Shown one piece after another: positions 28,801 to 39,200 of a DNA stretch of 64,000 bases. The stretch covers positions 1,376,001 through 1,440,000 of the forward strand of contig CBDFIJ010000004.1 in the NCBI GenBank assembly GCA_965248055.1, in the 5' to 3' direction. How positions within the stretch are numbered: position 1 is the stretch's first letter; the number at the start of each line of letters is the position of its first letter. The translations under genes and the position numbers were made by a program. Under the pieces are notes generated by a model. The model was not told the origin of the DNA and searched no databases. It worked only from the letters and a program-made list of their open reading frames with translations. This DNA is from Candidatus Multivoradales bacterium (GTDB lineage Bacteria; Acidobacteriota; Thermoanaerobaculia; Multivoradales; JAHEKO01).

Positions 28801-31800
28801 TCCATCCGAGGCTCGATAGGCTCGGTTCTCGGCCACACGCACCTGCTCTTCCCCTTGGGTCGGTGTCCAGGGCAGGTCGAGATAGTTGTAGCGCCAAGTC
28901 TGGTAGACCTTGCCCAAGCCAGGTCCGTTGGCGATGTCGTACTTAGTCTGCGTCACCGCGCGATTGCCGTTGTTGGCATCGCGGACAAAAGTCAGCCTCC
29001 CCAACCAGTCGTATTCAAAGCTGACATTGACTCTACCGTCATTCTTGGAGTCCACTTGACCACGCGAGTTGTAGGAACCGTAACTCACCGTACCGTTTCC
29101 CGTAGCACCGATCTCGGGATGGACCTCGGAAAGAATATTACCCAGGTTGTTGTAGCTGAAGGTCCGGGTTTGCGTCACGGTGCCCGAAACATCCTGATCC
29201 ACTTGGGTCAGGTTGCCGTTGACATCGTACTGGTAGGCGGTTTCCACCAATCGGTTGGTGTCGTTGGCATCCGAGTACTCTTCAACCCTGGTGGTGCGGC
29301 CAAAGCCATCTCGATGACTGTATTTCGGAATCCACTGGTAGCCCACTCCGGTGATAAAGGTCCGGGTTTCGGCCTTAACTGTGCGATCCCCGGTGAAAGT
29401 GGTCTTGATGTCGTAATTCGACCCTTCAGGTGGTCGAACCGTGGTCGCTCGACCAAACGCATCGTAATTCAAATATTGAGTCGTCTGAGTGAGGTCCCCC
29501 ATATTGGAGCGCGTCGACAACCAGCCGCGAGCGTTGTAGGTGGTTTCACTCTCTGCCCACACCCCTCCAGCTTCGGCGTGGCGTTGCTTCCACGGACGAC
29601 CAAAGTCATCAAACCAGGTCTCGTTCTGATCAAACACCCCTCCCCCAGACCACTTCTTGGCCGAGTTGACCTTGGCTGGGGTAGTTGCAGTCGGGGCGGA
29701 GTAGCTGTAGTCCACATAAGCCCCACTGGGCAGTGTGGTCTTCGTCGCTCGGCCCAGACTGTCGTAGGAAAAGGTGGTGGCGAGCAGGTTGGGGTCACGG
29801 CTGGTTTTCACCAAACCGGTCGAAGCATCCAAGGTTACGTCGTAGGTCAACCAAGCTCCCGCGGTGCCATCCGGCTGATAAGGGCGTGAGGTCTTGCGTA
29901 CTCCGCTTTCATAAGTGTGCTTGACCCAAGATTCCGGCTGGGAGGGCAAGTTGCTGCAAACAGAAGTGGTATCCAGTGTCTGTTGATCTCCACCATAAGT
30001 CTTGGCCTCGGCGACTTCACCACCGGTGGTGTGCGTGCCGCGCGCTGGTGGAGTAAAGACACTAACTACATCGTGGGTACTCTTGCCGGCCCCGGTACGA
30101 CTTTGGCGAGAGCATTCCAAGAACCCTGTATTGCTATCAAATTGATAAAAGCCGCGGGTGTACAGCTCTCCTGTTGCGCCGACTTCATTGCTCTGGGTGT
30201 ATTCAAAGGTGCCCAGAATCCAGTTGTCCGACGGGGTCGGAGGTGCCCAGCTGCCGTTGGTGTATTGCACGTTGTTGGCGATCTTGTCGTACTGTGTTTT
30301 GGCGATCCGATCTTTAACCACACTGGTGTTGTCATTAAAGTTGTGCTTGGTGGTCACCGTGCGCCAGTGCCCCAAACCATCGTCATTGGCACTATTGGAG
30401 TCGATATAACGATCGCCGTCATCATGGTAAATCACTCGGCTGTCTTCGACTCGGCGATTGGTCGAAGTCCATTGCGATTGGTCGGTGGTGCCGGAAGTGG
30501 GCAGTACGTCGTGGCGGTAGCTTACGTAGGTAGATCGTAGCTTGGTGCCCGAGCACTGACCGTTAGAGGCATGGGAAGCCGACCAGATCTCGGACGACAA
30601 GTACTTGCCGTCCACCTGAGCCGCTCGCGGAGAGAATGGCAAGCCATACTCCCAGCCTTTTCCTTGACTCCCGACCACATGTTGGCCATTGAAGTAGTGC
30701 TTGGTGCACTCTCCGGTCGGCTGCTGCACCCAGGAGATGGTCTCTGCAGCTTCGGTTGAAGTCTTGGCGTAGTAGGTTGATTTGTAGTTCCAGGTCCCTA
30801 GTACGTTCCCTGAGCTATCTAACATCTCGCGCTTGCCCACACCCGCGGTGGTGTTCCAAGGGGCGGACCCAGCAAAGGTGTTCTCTTGGATTGTCCAAGC
30901 GTAGGCACCGCCGGTTGGCAGGATGAGTTTCTCCAAGAAACCAGGGGCATCGTCCGCACCACCACATAGATTTTCGTAGGTCATAACCCCGTTCTCGATC
31001 ATCTTGTACGAGGTGCCGTCGGGCAGGTTGATTTGCTTCAAATGGGGTAACGGTTCACGGGTACTATTTGATGGATAGTTGTCCTTGCAAGAACGGTTGA
31101 CGTGTTTGTCCCAGTAATCGAGAGTGTAGATGGCTCGCTGGCCGTTGTACGACTCCAAATCTACCTTGGTTACCACCCCTGGCAGGGTGTGCCAATGGTA
31201 GAGGTTGTAGAACGTTAGGTAGTTCTTACGGTTATAGCGATCTTCAAAAGTCCAGATACTGTAGCCGTTGGCGTCAAACGCTGAGCGAGTCACCGTCATG
31301 TCGGGATCGGACGCTGAACCATACGCATTCCACACCTTGGTCAAGTTGTAAGTAGCGCTGGGACCACACCAATCGCCTTTGAATTGCCGAGTCGTACCGT
31401 CGGAGAACTCTATGTTCGCCGTCAGGCAGTCCACATCTTTGAGACGGAGATAACTCCCGTCGCGAGTGTAGAACGTCGATGAATCGCTGTCCAAATGGGT
31501 GCGATCAAAGTCGTTCCAAAAAGTATGGGTACCACCGAATTGGTCGATGTAGAGCCATTTGCCGGTTGAGTTAGACGGATGGGTAGGTTTGTAAAGCTCG
31601 CCTACCCCGACATGCCAACCAATACCACCAGTCCTTCTTCGCAGAGGAACCGCTTGGGTGTAGACGTTGCCATTCTCGACAATCGTCTCGTAGTCCCAAG
31701 TGTTGGAGTTATAAGTGATCGAGAAGGGGCCAAGGGGAATCGTTACGCTCAACGAGCCCGACATGACATCGACGTTGTCGATCTGACCTACTTCAAACAC

Positions 31801-31944
31801 TGATTCCGGCTTGTAGCCAAGGGGATGGTTGGGGTGCATTGCACCGGCGGGTGAGGTGAGACCCAAAGCAGCGAGGATCATCAAACAGGTCCCGGCCCCA
31901 CAAACCCCCGCCCGCCGGGATGACCGGACTTTCGCCACAGTCAT
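25837..31944 (-). CDS. Secreted Rhs/YD-repeat polymorphic toxin with Ig and PKD domains and an Ntox44-like C-terminal domain
   Basis: Signal-like ILAALGLTSPAGA; YD repeats; Ig (FSC..YQWQK..YRCVATN); PKD (WDFGDG..HTYASAGNYNVTLTVSD); core ending NPIRMLDPNG; tip GNFAFG..PYGDN.VD..QIKNG..Y. Confidence 0.92.
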   Translation of the reverse strand: MTVAKVRSSRRAGVCGAGTCLMILAALGLTSPAGAMHPNHPLGYKPESVFEVGQIDNVDVMSGSLSVTIPLGPFSITYNSNTWDYETIVENGNVYTQAVPLRRRTGGIGWHVGVGELYKPTHPSNSTGKWLYIDQFGGTHTFWNDFDRTHLDSDSSTFYTRDGSYLRLKDVDCLTANIEFSDGTTRQFKGDWCGPSATYNLTKVWNAYGSASDPDMTVTRSAFDANGYSIWTFEDRYNRKNYLTFYNLYHWHTLPGVVTKVDLESYNGQRAIYTLDYWDKHVNRSCKDNYPSNSTREPLPHLKQINLPDGTSYKMIENGVMTYENLCGGADDAPGFLEKLILPTGGAYAWTIQENTFAGSAPWNTTAGVGKREMLDSSGNVLGTWNYKSTYYAKTSTEAAETISWVQQPTGECTKHYFNGQHVVGSQGKGWEYGLPFSPRAAQVDGKYLSSEIWSASHASNGQCSGTKLRSTYVSYRHDVLPTSGTTDQSQWTSTNRRVEDSRVIYHDDGDRYIDSNSANDDGLGHWRTVTTKHNFNDNTSVVKDRIAKTQYDKIANNVQYTNGSWAPPTPSDNWILGTFEYTQSNEVGATGELYTRGFYQFDSNTGFLECSRQSRTGAGKSTHDVVSVFTPPARGTHTTGGEVAEAKTYGGDQQTLDTTSVCSNLPSQPESWVKHTYESGVRKTSRPYQPDGTAGAWLTYDVTLDASTGLVKTSRDPNLLATTFSYDSLGRATKTTLPSGAYVDYSYSAPTATTPAKVNSAKKWSGGGVFDQNETWFDDFGRPWKQRHAEAGGVWAESETTYNARGWLSTRSNMGDLTQTTQYLNYDAFGRATTVRPPEGSNYDIKTTFTGDRTVKAETRTFITGVGYQWIPKYSHRDGFGRTTRVEEYSDANDTNRLVETAYQYDVNGNLTQVDQDVSGTVTQTRTFSYNNLGNILSEVHPEIGATGNGTVSYGSYNSRGQVDSKNDGRVNVSFEYDWLGRLTFVRDANNGNRAVTQTKYDIANGPGLGKVYQTWRYNYLDLPWTPTQGEEQVRVAENRAYRASDGAMSVKSTYVFANLDSTRTGGRQRFQLNMNPNAWGLNDGLTYPRCMEASCSSLGTDGQVVDTDWSNGRILRVKNWTGDLSYHPSGSWSEIPHLNGSSDFHDVHANNNGRTNRLYTLNPGNLWNTGSYSYDGSGNIVQIGDAVSSPGTAPPAISQNPASSSLAAGANASFSCAASGSAPISYQWQKNSASLWSDLANGGRVSGASTSTLTLTGVITSDVASYRCVATNAGGSIGSNAGSLTLTSQLALPVADLSLDGFSPTPVWSMTDDDTNVTKSQKSSGVTDSFRVRMAGLTDPGVHSGHKVYLTGNVENGTSKGVRLYIMAPNNTVLNWTTITLDTVMRRHTYSLSSTVAAALTNYADLRLQFTKWHTNGDPTTVVIKKVEFKAPAAGSNAAPSACFSSSSTSATVGQNITFDGNCSSDPNGQALSSTWDFGDGTGASGLSTSHTYASAGNYNVTLTVSDSTYAQTKIVTIVVTDPLANQIAPDLYRYDKINRLTQAFVRDPTGGTTQQDYTYDVFGNMTNVFTKPPGQTGSNTVIAVNPDTNRLSVAGYDASGNMTTWGSDGYEYDTANNMVSQDGRWYFIYNSAGERVATIDWQGSIATREVDYTIRGPSNQVLSTFKLVGEDQSGNWTHEMDYIWMGRRLLGTQDGSGTKQHYHTDHLGSIRLVTDDLGNKVSEHEYLPYGQEITAAGNGVMKFTGHERDADTGMDYMHARFYTGHLGRFMGVDSVLGDVGGRGGSWNRYQYGLGNPIRMLDPNGLDECPAGQMNVEGFCTDSTYVENVIVTAPRYTTSTITVGRPLNNATFNQSIDNGCDILTDPLCKEGWGVEKSGKSLPAGMLKKIKKRCESLLPEGMSVGGANAISNEISSDIENGPGGAVAAYLNAAQNLAPTQHDIGNKWNFRVSNPSLGNSTATAMGNFAFGVATRELGIPLWLAGQIGGMDQIIQGKPNQEGTPLLEAPYGDNRVDYDQIKNGQQYVKGGCVGIQ

Positions 31945-32624
31945 TGGGCACCTCCTTCTTCGGAGGTACCTACTTCTACGGCGCCTACCTCACTGGCCCC
32001 TATTTCAATGGCAAAATACTCCAAACTCCCAGCGTCAAAGCCAATCACTACATCGCCGTCTTTGAAGCGGGCTAGATTGCCCTCCCCCTGATCAACACGG
32101 CGGAGTTTTTGGTTCTTGGCGATCAGCCAACCATCGGCATCGCCATCGTCGCCAGCTCCGCCGTCGTGGACCCGGCCGTGCCAAACACGTGCGCCGCGGT
32201 TCGTGCGGCGCACTACAACGATGTCCAGCTCATTCCCAGGAAGCTCCAGGCGATCCAGAGACTTGAGAACACCGCCAGAAAGGTCGCCCTGGTAACTCTT
32301 GCGTTGGGCAAACCCACCCGGTGAATGAACCGTCCACTCGCCGGTGCCCAGATCCACGCCCACCCACACAGAGCGAGGACCAATCTCAGATTCAGCAATC
32401 AAGTCGCCGTCCACTACCTCCACGTGGCGAATAATCTTGTTCATGTAATCGGCGTACTCGCGGCGTACCCCAATAATCGCCACACCAGAACCAGAGTCCT
32501 CGAGTGGCGATACCCGGTCGCCCACGACCTCCAGCTCCAGACCAGAAACTGGAGTGCCAAAGAACAAGAATGCACAAAAGGCCAAAGCAGCAGTTCTTGG
32601 GAAAACGAAGTTGATTCTAGACAT
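31941..32624 (-). CDS. Secreted hypothetical protein translationally coupled to Rhs
   Basis: Signal-peptide-like N-terminus, beta-rich; GTGA overlap with the Rhs start. Confidence 0.7.
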   Translation of the reverse strand: MSRINFVFPRTAALAFCAFLFFGTPVSGLELEVVGDRVSPLEDSGSGVAIIGVRREYADYMNKIIRHVEVVDGDLIAESEIGPRSVWVGVDLGTGEWTVHSPGGFAQRKSYQGDLSGGVLKSLDRLELPGNELDIVVVRRTNRGARVWHGRVHDGGAGDDGDADGWLIAKNQKLRRVDQGEGNLARFKDGDVVIGFDAGSLEYFAIEIGASEVGAVEVGTSEEGGAQ

Positions 32625-33001
32625 CAGTCTCCTAAATCGCTCAAAAACACGCGACACACTCCCCAAGTCGCGCAAATCGGTAGAGAAGCCCCCGCTCCTC
32701 TCTGGCTTAAGACAAAAGCGAACATACACGAAACCATACGAAAGAAGCAAATGTCATTGTTTCCCCATAAATTTGCCTTTTGAACGCCACAATTTCAAAG
32801 ATTGCATTCAGGAAGTTAGTGCTCCGCGCAAAAAAGGACTCAACAAAGATCCCTAAACGCAGATAGGCTTAGGTCAAAACAAGGACGGGAGCGATCAGCC
32901 GGCGGCGACAAGAAGAAATCGTCCGAGGTACTGCACGAATACCAAGCGGACTCCGCCACAAAGAAAGGTTGGCTGGACGAGCAGTCGCGAACTAGTACTG
33001 A

Positions 33002-36000
33002 CTAGCTGTCCACCACGCTAGCCATCGCGTCACCAGCAATCGCTTCGACAGGCGCAGCAGCTTTGCCACCACGCATCGACGATAGGCCACGTTGGACGAT
33101 CTTCGATACGGCGATGCGGGCGTCGTCGAACAAGGTGTAGAAAACCGGTACGACGAGGAGGGTGAGCAGGGTGGCGGTGGTGAGGCCACCGATGAGGGTG
33201 AGGCCGAAGCTCTTGTAGCCGATGCCCATGGAAGATGTGGAGGCCAGGGTGAGCGGAATCAATCCGCCAATGGTGGTCAAGGCGGTCATCATGATCGGGC
33301 GGAAGCGGCGTTCGGTTGCCAGGATGACTGCCTTGTTGCGGGCAATGCCTTCGTGGCGCAGCCGGGTGACGTAGTCGATCAACACGATACCGTTGTTGAC
33401 CACCACGCCGATCAACAGAATCAGGCCGATGATTCCCAGCATATCGATGTTCATTCCGGCGATCAGATGGGTCCAGATGACGCCCATTGCAGCCAGGGGA
33501 ATGGTGAGGATAATCGACAGCGGCAAGATCGAGCTTTCAAACAAGAAGCCCATCAACAAATAGATAAACACCACCGAGAGCATGGCGGCCAAGATCATCG
33601 CCTGAACGTCTTCGCCTCCTCCTCCACCGCGACGGAAACCGCCGCCCCAGATGACTCCTTCGGGCAGGTCAATCCCCGCAGCCAGGGCCATCAATCGATC
33701 CCGGGTTTCGTCTTCACGACCTTCTTCTAATTGCACCGAAACTTCACGTGAGACCCGTTTGTTGCGGCGAAAGATGTAGGTGGCGCTGGAAAGATACTGG
33801 GGGTCGGAAATCGACGAAAGCTGCGCCAAACCACCTTGTTCATCGGGCACTGCGAAGTCACCCAGCTCGTCCAGGGAGTCTCGATCTTGTTCTCGAAAAC
33901 GCACAGTGACTGGGATCTCTTTGCCGCCATAGCTAAACCGAGGCAAGCTCTGTCCGCGCAGTGCATAGCCGACTACCGCGGCAGCAACCTGCGGGTTGAT
34001 CCCCTGTGTACGCATGCGGTCGCGATCAAGAACCAGGGCCATCTCACTCGGACTATCATCAGTGACCTTCTTAAGACCAATCACGCCATCGACCTTGGCC
34101 AGGAGGTCTTCCAAAGCCAAGGCGGTCTGTTCCAAGAGGTCGGCGTCCTCGCCCTCGAGGAAGAAGGTTTGGGCTTCTTCCTTGTTCTCGTCTGTCGAAC
34201 TGTCGTCCTCGTTGACGAAGTACTTAACGCCAGCTTTCTGGGGCATCGCCTCGATGACTTGGTTGGCGGCAACCCGCGGCGAAACACCCTTCTTGGTGCG
34301 CGGCGTGTTGAACCAGGCGACGATCTCGCCATAGGTCGAGCGGTGGAAGTGGTACCAACCGTCGATATCGAGTTCTTCTTGCATCGAAGCGATGATTTCA
34401 TCGCTCTTCTTAAAGTATTCCTCGGCCTCTTCCAGAGTGGTGTTGTTGGGCAGGCGAAAGTCGATCTCAAAAGCTCCTCTATCCTCTTCTTGGGCTTGGA
34501 CGAACTTAACTCCTTTGTTCATTACTGCGCCGGTGGCAATCAACGAGACCAGGAGAATCAGCGCCAAATCGAGTCGGCGGCGCATGAACACGGTGAGCAC
34601 CTTGATATACCAACGGTTCATCCGGCCAAAGGTGGCTTCGTAGAAACGCCCGGCGATCTCGCCGACCTTGCTCTTCTTTTCCTCGACCCCGTCTGGAGGC
34701 AAGGTGACATAGACCGCCAAAGGAATCATCACCAGCGCCACCAGCAAGGAGCCCAACAGCGACATCGAGATCGGAATTGACAACCGCAGGAGGAAAAACT
34801 GTCCTTGGCCGTCGACCAAGGAAACCGGGAGAAAAACAATGATGGTGGTCAAGGTCGCCATGGTCACTGCCAAGGCGATTTCGCCAGCACCTTCGATACA
34901 GGCTTTGCGTTTGGGCATGCCGTCGCGATGAAGTCGGAAAATATTCTCCGCCACCACCACCGAGTTATCGACCAATAGACCAACCGAGATCATCAGCGCC
35001 AACAAGGTCAGCACGTTGAGGCTTTCGCCCAAGAAATACATCGCGGTCAGCCCGATGACGATCGACAGGGGAATCGACAGGGTGGCGATCAGCGTCATGC
35101 GGATCCGCCGCAGGAAGAAAAACAGCACCACCAAGGCGATCAAGCCACCGATGCGTCCGCTGGAGAGCAGAGTATTGAGGCTCTCCATGATGATCTCGCC
35201 TTGATCGAAAAATGGTTCAACCCCGAGCAGCGACAATCGCGGGTTGTCTTTCATCGAGTCCAACACTGCGCCAACCCGCTTGCTGACCTCCATGGTGTTG
35301 GCTTGCCCTTCTTTGATTACCTGGATCGCGACCGCGTCCTTGCCCTCCAAGCGCACGCGGAATTTGCTCTCGGGTTGGTCGTAATGGACGTAGGCAATAT
35401 CGGACAATCGCACATTGGGGCCGACGGTCCGAGAGTTGAGTTCCTCGACCGAGTCGTAGCGAGCCACGGAGCGCATCAGTAGTTTCTGATCACCATGCCG
35501 CACATGGCCGCTAGCCATCGAAAAATTATCGCCCGCAAGTTGTTGCGCAAGTTCGTAGATGTTGAGGCCAGCGGCTGCGGTGCGCTTGCGGTCCAACTCA
35601 ATTAAGATTTCTTTCTCAATCAGACCATCGATGTTGACCGAGGCCACGCCGTCGATGCGCTCGATCGGCAGTTTGATTTCATCCTCGATGATCTGCCAAG
35701 GATCGGGAATCGCCGGGTCAATGGTGACCGCAAACATGAAAATCGGAATTCCAGAAGCATCCTGCTTCCAAATGATCACCTGTTCCACGTCGTCGGGCAG
35801 GTCTGCTCGCGCCCTTTCAATTCGATCGCGAACCTCACGATAGGCAATATCTAGATCGGTTCCGTGCTTGAACTGCAAAGAAATGCGAGCCCGGCCAGAG
35901 CTCGCCCGCGAATCCATTTTGTCGATCCCGTTGACAGTAGAGAGCTGCTCTTCGAGAGGCAGAATGACCTTGTCGACGACTTCGGGAGCCGGGGCGTCCC

Positions 36001-36172
36001 GCCATGGGACCCAGACTGTCAAACGTGGTTCAACCATGCCGCTGGGAAAGAGTTCAAGCGGAATTCCTACCGCCGCCACCACACCCAAGACGACCACAGT
36101 CACCAACGCCATCAATACTGTGACTTTACGGTTGAGGGAAAAATTGGGCAGCTTGGATTCGATCGGGCTCAT
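33002..36172 (-). CDS. RND efflux permease (AcrB/AcrD/AcrF family)
   Basis: GLLVDNSVVVAENI, GVVVNNGIVLID, RFRPIMMT. Confidence 0.95.
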   Translation of the reverse strand: MSPIESKLPNFSLNRKVTVLMALVTVVVLGVVAAVGIPLELFPSGMVEPRLTVWVPWRDAPAPEVVDKVILPLEEQLSTVNGIDKMDSRASSGRARISLQFKHGTDLDIAYREVRDRIERARADLPDDVEQVIIWKQDASGIPIFMFAVTIDPAIPDPWQIIEDEIKLPIERIDGVASVNIDGLIEKEILIELDRKRTAAAGLNIYELAQQLAGDNFSMASGHVRHGDQKLLMRSVARYDSVEELNSRTVGPNVRLSDIAYVHYDQPESKFRVRLEGKDAVAIQVIKEGQANTMEVSKRVGAVLDSMKDNPRLSLLGVEPFFDQGEIIMESLNTLLSSGRIGGLIALVVLFFFLRRIRMTLIATLSIPLSIVIGLTAMYFLGESLNVLTLLALMISVGLLVDNSVVVAENIFRLHRDGMPKRKACIEGAGEIALAVTMATLTTIIVFLPVSLVDGQGQFFLLRLSIPISMSLLGSLLVALVMIPLAVYVTLPPDGVEEKKSKVGEIAGRFYEATFGRMNRWYIKVLTVFMRRRLDLALILLVSLIATGAVMNKGVKFVQAQEEDRGAFEIDFRLPNNTTLEEAEEYFKKSDEIIASMQEELDIDGWYHFHRSTYGEIVAWFNTPRTKKGVSPRVAANQVIEAMPQKAGVKYFVNEDDSSTDENKEEAQTFFLEGEDADLLEQTALALEDLLAKVDGVIGLKKVTDDSPSEMALVLDRDRMRTQGINPQVAAAVVGYALRGQSLPRFSYGGKEIPVTVRFREQDRDSLDELGDFAVPDEQGGLAQLSSISDPQYLSSATYIFRRNKRVSREVSVQLEEGREDETRDRLMALAAGIDLPEGVIWGGGFRRGGGGGEDVQAMILAAMLSVVFIYLLMGFLFESSILPLSIILTIPLAAMGVIWTHLIAGMNIDMLGIIGLILLIGVVVNNGIVLIDYVTRLRHEGIARNKAVILATERRFRPIMMTALTTIGGLIPLTLASTSSMGIGYKSFGLTLIGGLTTATLLTLLVVPVFYTLFDDARIAVSKIVQRGLSSMRGGKAAAPVEAIAGDAMASVVDS

Positions 36173-36205
36173 TTCGTCTTTCCTCGTTCTGCGTCCACGG
36201 ACTGA

Positions 36206-39200
36206 CTAGGCTGGTTCTGCAATCCCGTCGATGCTTTCGTCTTCCGCCGATTGCGACTGCGAAGCGCGGCGACCGGCAAACCGTTCCTTGAGTCGATCCA
36301 TCATCAGGTAGACGACCGGAATCACCACCAAAGTGAGGAAGGTGGAAACCAAAAGTCCTGAGATCACCGCGATCGCCATCGGCGTGCGCAATTCGGCACC
36401 ATCGCCAGCGCCCAACGCCATCGGTAGCAAGCCGAGACAGGTGGTTGCGGTGGTCATCAAGATCGGCCGCAAGCGCACCGAGCAGGCCTCGAGAACCGCT
36501 TCCTCGACCGGGAGCCCGCGGGTTCGCAATTGATTGATGTAGTCAACTAAGACGATCGCATTGTTCACCACGATCCCGGCCAACATGATCATGCCGAGAA
36601 ACACCACAATCGAAAGGCTGATCCCCAGCAACTTGAGGGCAACCACGGTGCCTAAGAAGGCAAACGGGATCGAAATTAAGATCACCAACGGGTGAATCAG
36701 AGATTCAAATTGGCCAGCCATGATCACGTAAACCAAGAAGATCGAGAGCGCGAGTGCCAAGAACAAGCTGTTGCGGCTGCGCTCCCATTCTTCGCTCTGG
36801 CCGGCGATCAAAAACGTGCTGCCCGGGCGCCATTCCATGGCGTCGAGTCGGCTGCGGATGCTCTCTACCGCCGCCCCCAATGAAACACCTTGAGCTGTAT
36901 TGGCAGTCACCAACGCCACCCGCCGGCCATCGATCCGCCGCACTTCACTGGGACCCTCGGCCAAGGAAACTGCCGCCACCGCGGACAGAGGAATCGGCCG
37001 ATCTCCGTCCGGGTTGACAATCATGGTTTCCACGTCTTGCACCGTCTCTCGATCTTCCATACGCAGTCGAACCAAAATCGGGATGCGTCGGTCCTTAAGG
37101 TTGAAACGCGTCGCCTCAAACCCCTGAACTTGATTCCGAACCAGAGTCGCTACTTGTTGTGGGTTGAGTCCATAGCGCGCCAGCAGGTCACGGTTGTAGA
37201 CCACTTGTACCTCAGGAGCGCCGCGTCGCAGGCTGACCTCGATGTCAGTGAGCTCCGGCATCGACGCCAGATTCTGTCGAGCCAACTCGGCTTGGCGACG
37301 CAAGGAAACAAGATCGTCACCGTGGACTTCCACCTCGACCGGAGCCTTGAAGGAAAACAGCACCGGCCGGACCACCTGGGCTTCTAGGTCGGGAATGCGA
37401 TCGAACCGCTCCCGCAAACGCGCCAGAACCTGGTTTTCGACTCTGGGATCAGAGGAATCCAGCAGCACTTTGAAGCGAGCGGTGTGCTCGCCTTCGTCCG
37501 ATCGGTTGGAGTTGGCGGCGTCGTAACCGACGGTCAGCAACAGCGACTTGATGTGCTCCTTCTCGGCCATGATCGCCTGTTCGACCGGGGCTACAGCGAG
37601 GTCAGTCTGCTCCAGGGGTGTTCCTACCGGCAAGGTCACTTCGACAGTGAACTCTCCCTGGCGCACCTCCGGCAGCAATTCGGTATCAAGGCGGGTCGCT
37701 AGAAATCCTGTCAGAAGCAGCGAAGCGACTACCACGGTCATGATCGATCCGGGAGCAGCCAAGGCCTTCGATAACCGTCTGCGATATCCGGTGCGGGTCG
37801 CGTCCATGCTTCGATCGACAAAACCGCCAACCCCTTTGAGGCGCCTGCCAATCCAGCCAATTCCCTTGGAAGTCAAACGGGCGAGCAGGGTCAACACAAA
37901 GATCACACCCAGAATCAGCTTGGCAATCACTTCGAGGAGAAGACCAATGACTAATCGCAGGACAAAATAGACAACGACAAAGGGCATCGCAAGCCACTTG
38001 AAAATCGTGCCCAACGTTCCGCGCTGCTTTAAAAAATAGGCCTGATAATCTTTGAGAAAAACTCCTAGAGACGCAAAGCGTAGCCAGTTGCGCTCTTCGC
38101 CCGAATCACCCCACTGAACGCCCTCGCGACTGGCCAACATCGGGATCAAGGTCAGGGCGACGATCAAGGCCGCCAGGAGTGACACCACCACCGCGATCCC
38201 CAGGTCGCCGAACGCTTGCCCGGCAACCCCCTCAACAAACACCATTGGGAAAAATACCGCGATGGTGGTCAAGGTTGACGCAGTGACTGCACCTCGCACC
38301 TCAGCGGTTCCTCGCACTGCGGAGGCCTCGATTCCGTCGCCTTCCTCTCGACAACGGAAAATGGACTCCAGCACTACGATCGAGGAGTCGACCAGCATCC
38401 CGACACCCAAAGCCAATCCACCCAACGACATGATGTTGAGGCTGACACCGAACAGGTTGAGTGGTGCAAAGGTGACAATCAGTGAAATCGGAATACTCAG
38501 AGCGATGATCAAGGTGGTGCGTATATCTTTGAGAAAAAACAGCAACACCAACACCGCCAATAAACCACCCATCACTGCAGTGTTGCGGACCTCGTTGATT
38601 GAGTTTTCGATAAACACCGATCGGTCGGCGACCAATCCGATCTCCAGACCTTCTTCCTGAAAGAGCGTACCGATCAGTCCGCCTCCGCCCGCCAGTTGCG
38701 GACCCCGCCCGCGTCCTCCACGACCACCCTTACCGCGACCACCGCGCCCTTTCCCATCCTTGGCGCCGTCCTTAACCTCGGCCTGTTGTGATTCTTCCTT
38801 CGCTTTCGCCGCCCGCTCTTTGGCCTTGTCAATGTCGAACTCACCCAGAGCCGCTTTGACCCGTTTGGCTAAGGCGACGATGTTGGCGTCGGCCTCCTTG
38901 TAAACGTCGATCTGAACGCTTTCTGCGCGGTCGGTGCGGGTGACGATCTCGCGCTCTTTGTGCGCGCGGCGAACTTCACCCAAATCACGAACTCGAACTT
39001 GACGCCCTTCGGAGCGGGTCACCACGGTATCTTCGATCTGGCCCAAATCGAGGAACTCGTTAAGAGTTCGTACCATGTATTCAGTTCGCCCCTCGGTGAT
39101 CGTGCCACCGGCCAGGTTGATGTTCTCCTGGGCCAGCCGGTCGATCACTTGCTGGATCGAGATTCTCGAGCGCTGGAGTTTCTCTTCTTCCAACAGAACG

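Noticed and set aside
28558-29889. Long antisense ORFs (443 aa here; others opposite the RND, gdh and fhs genes)
   Set aside because: Shadow frames of well-supported GC-rich genes with no recognisable motifs
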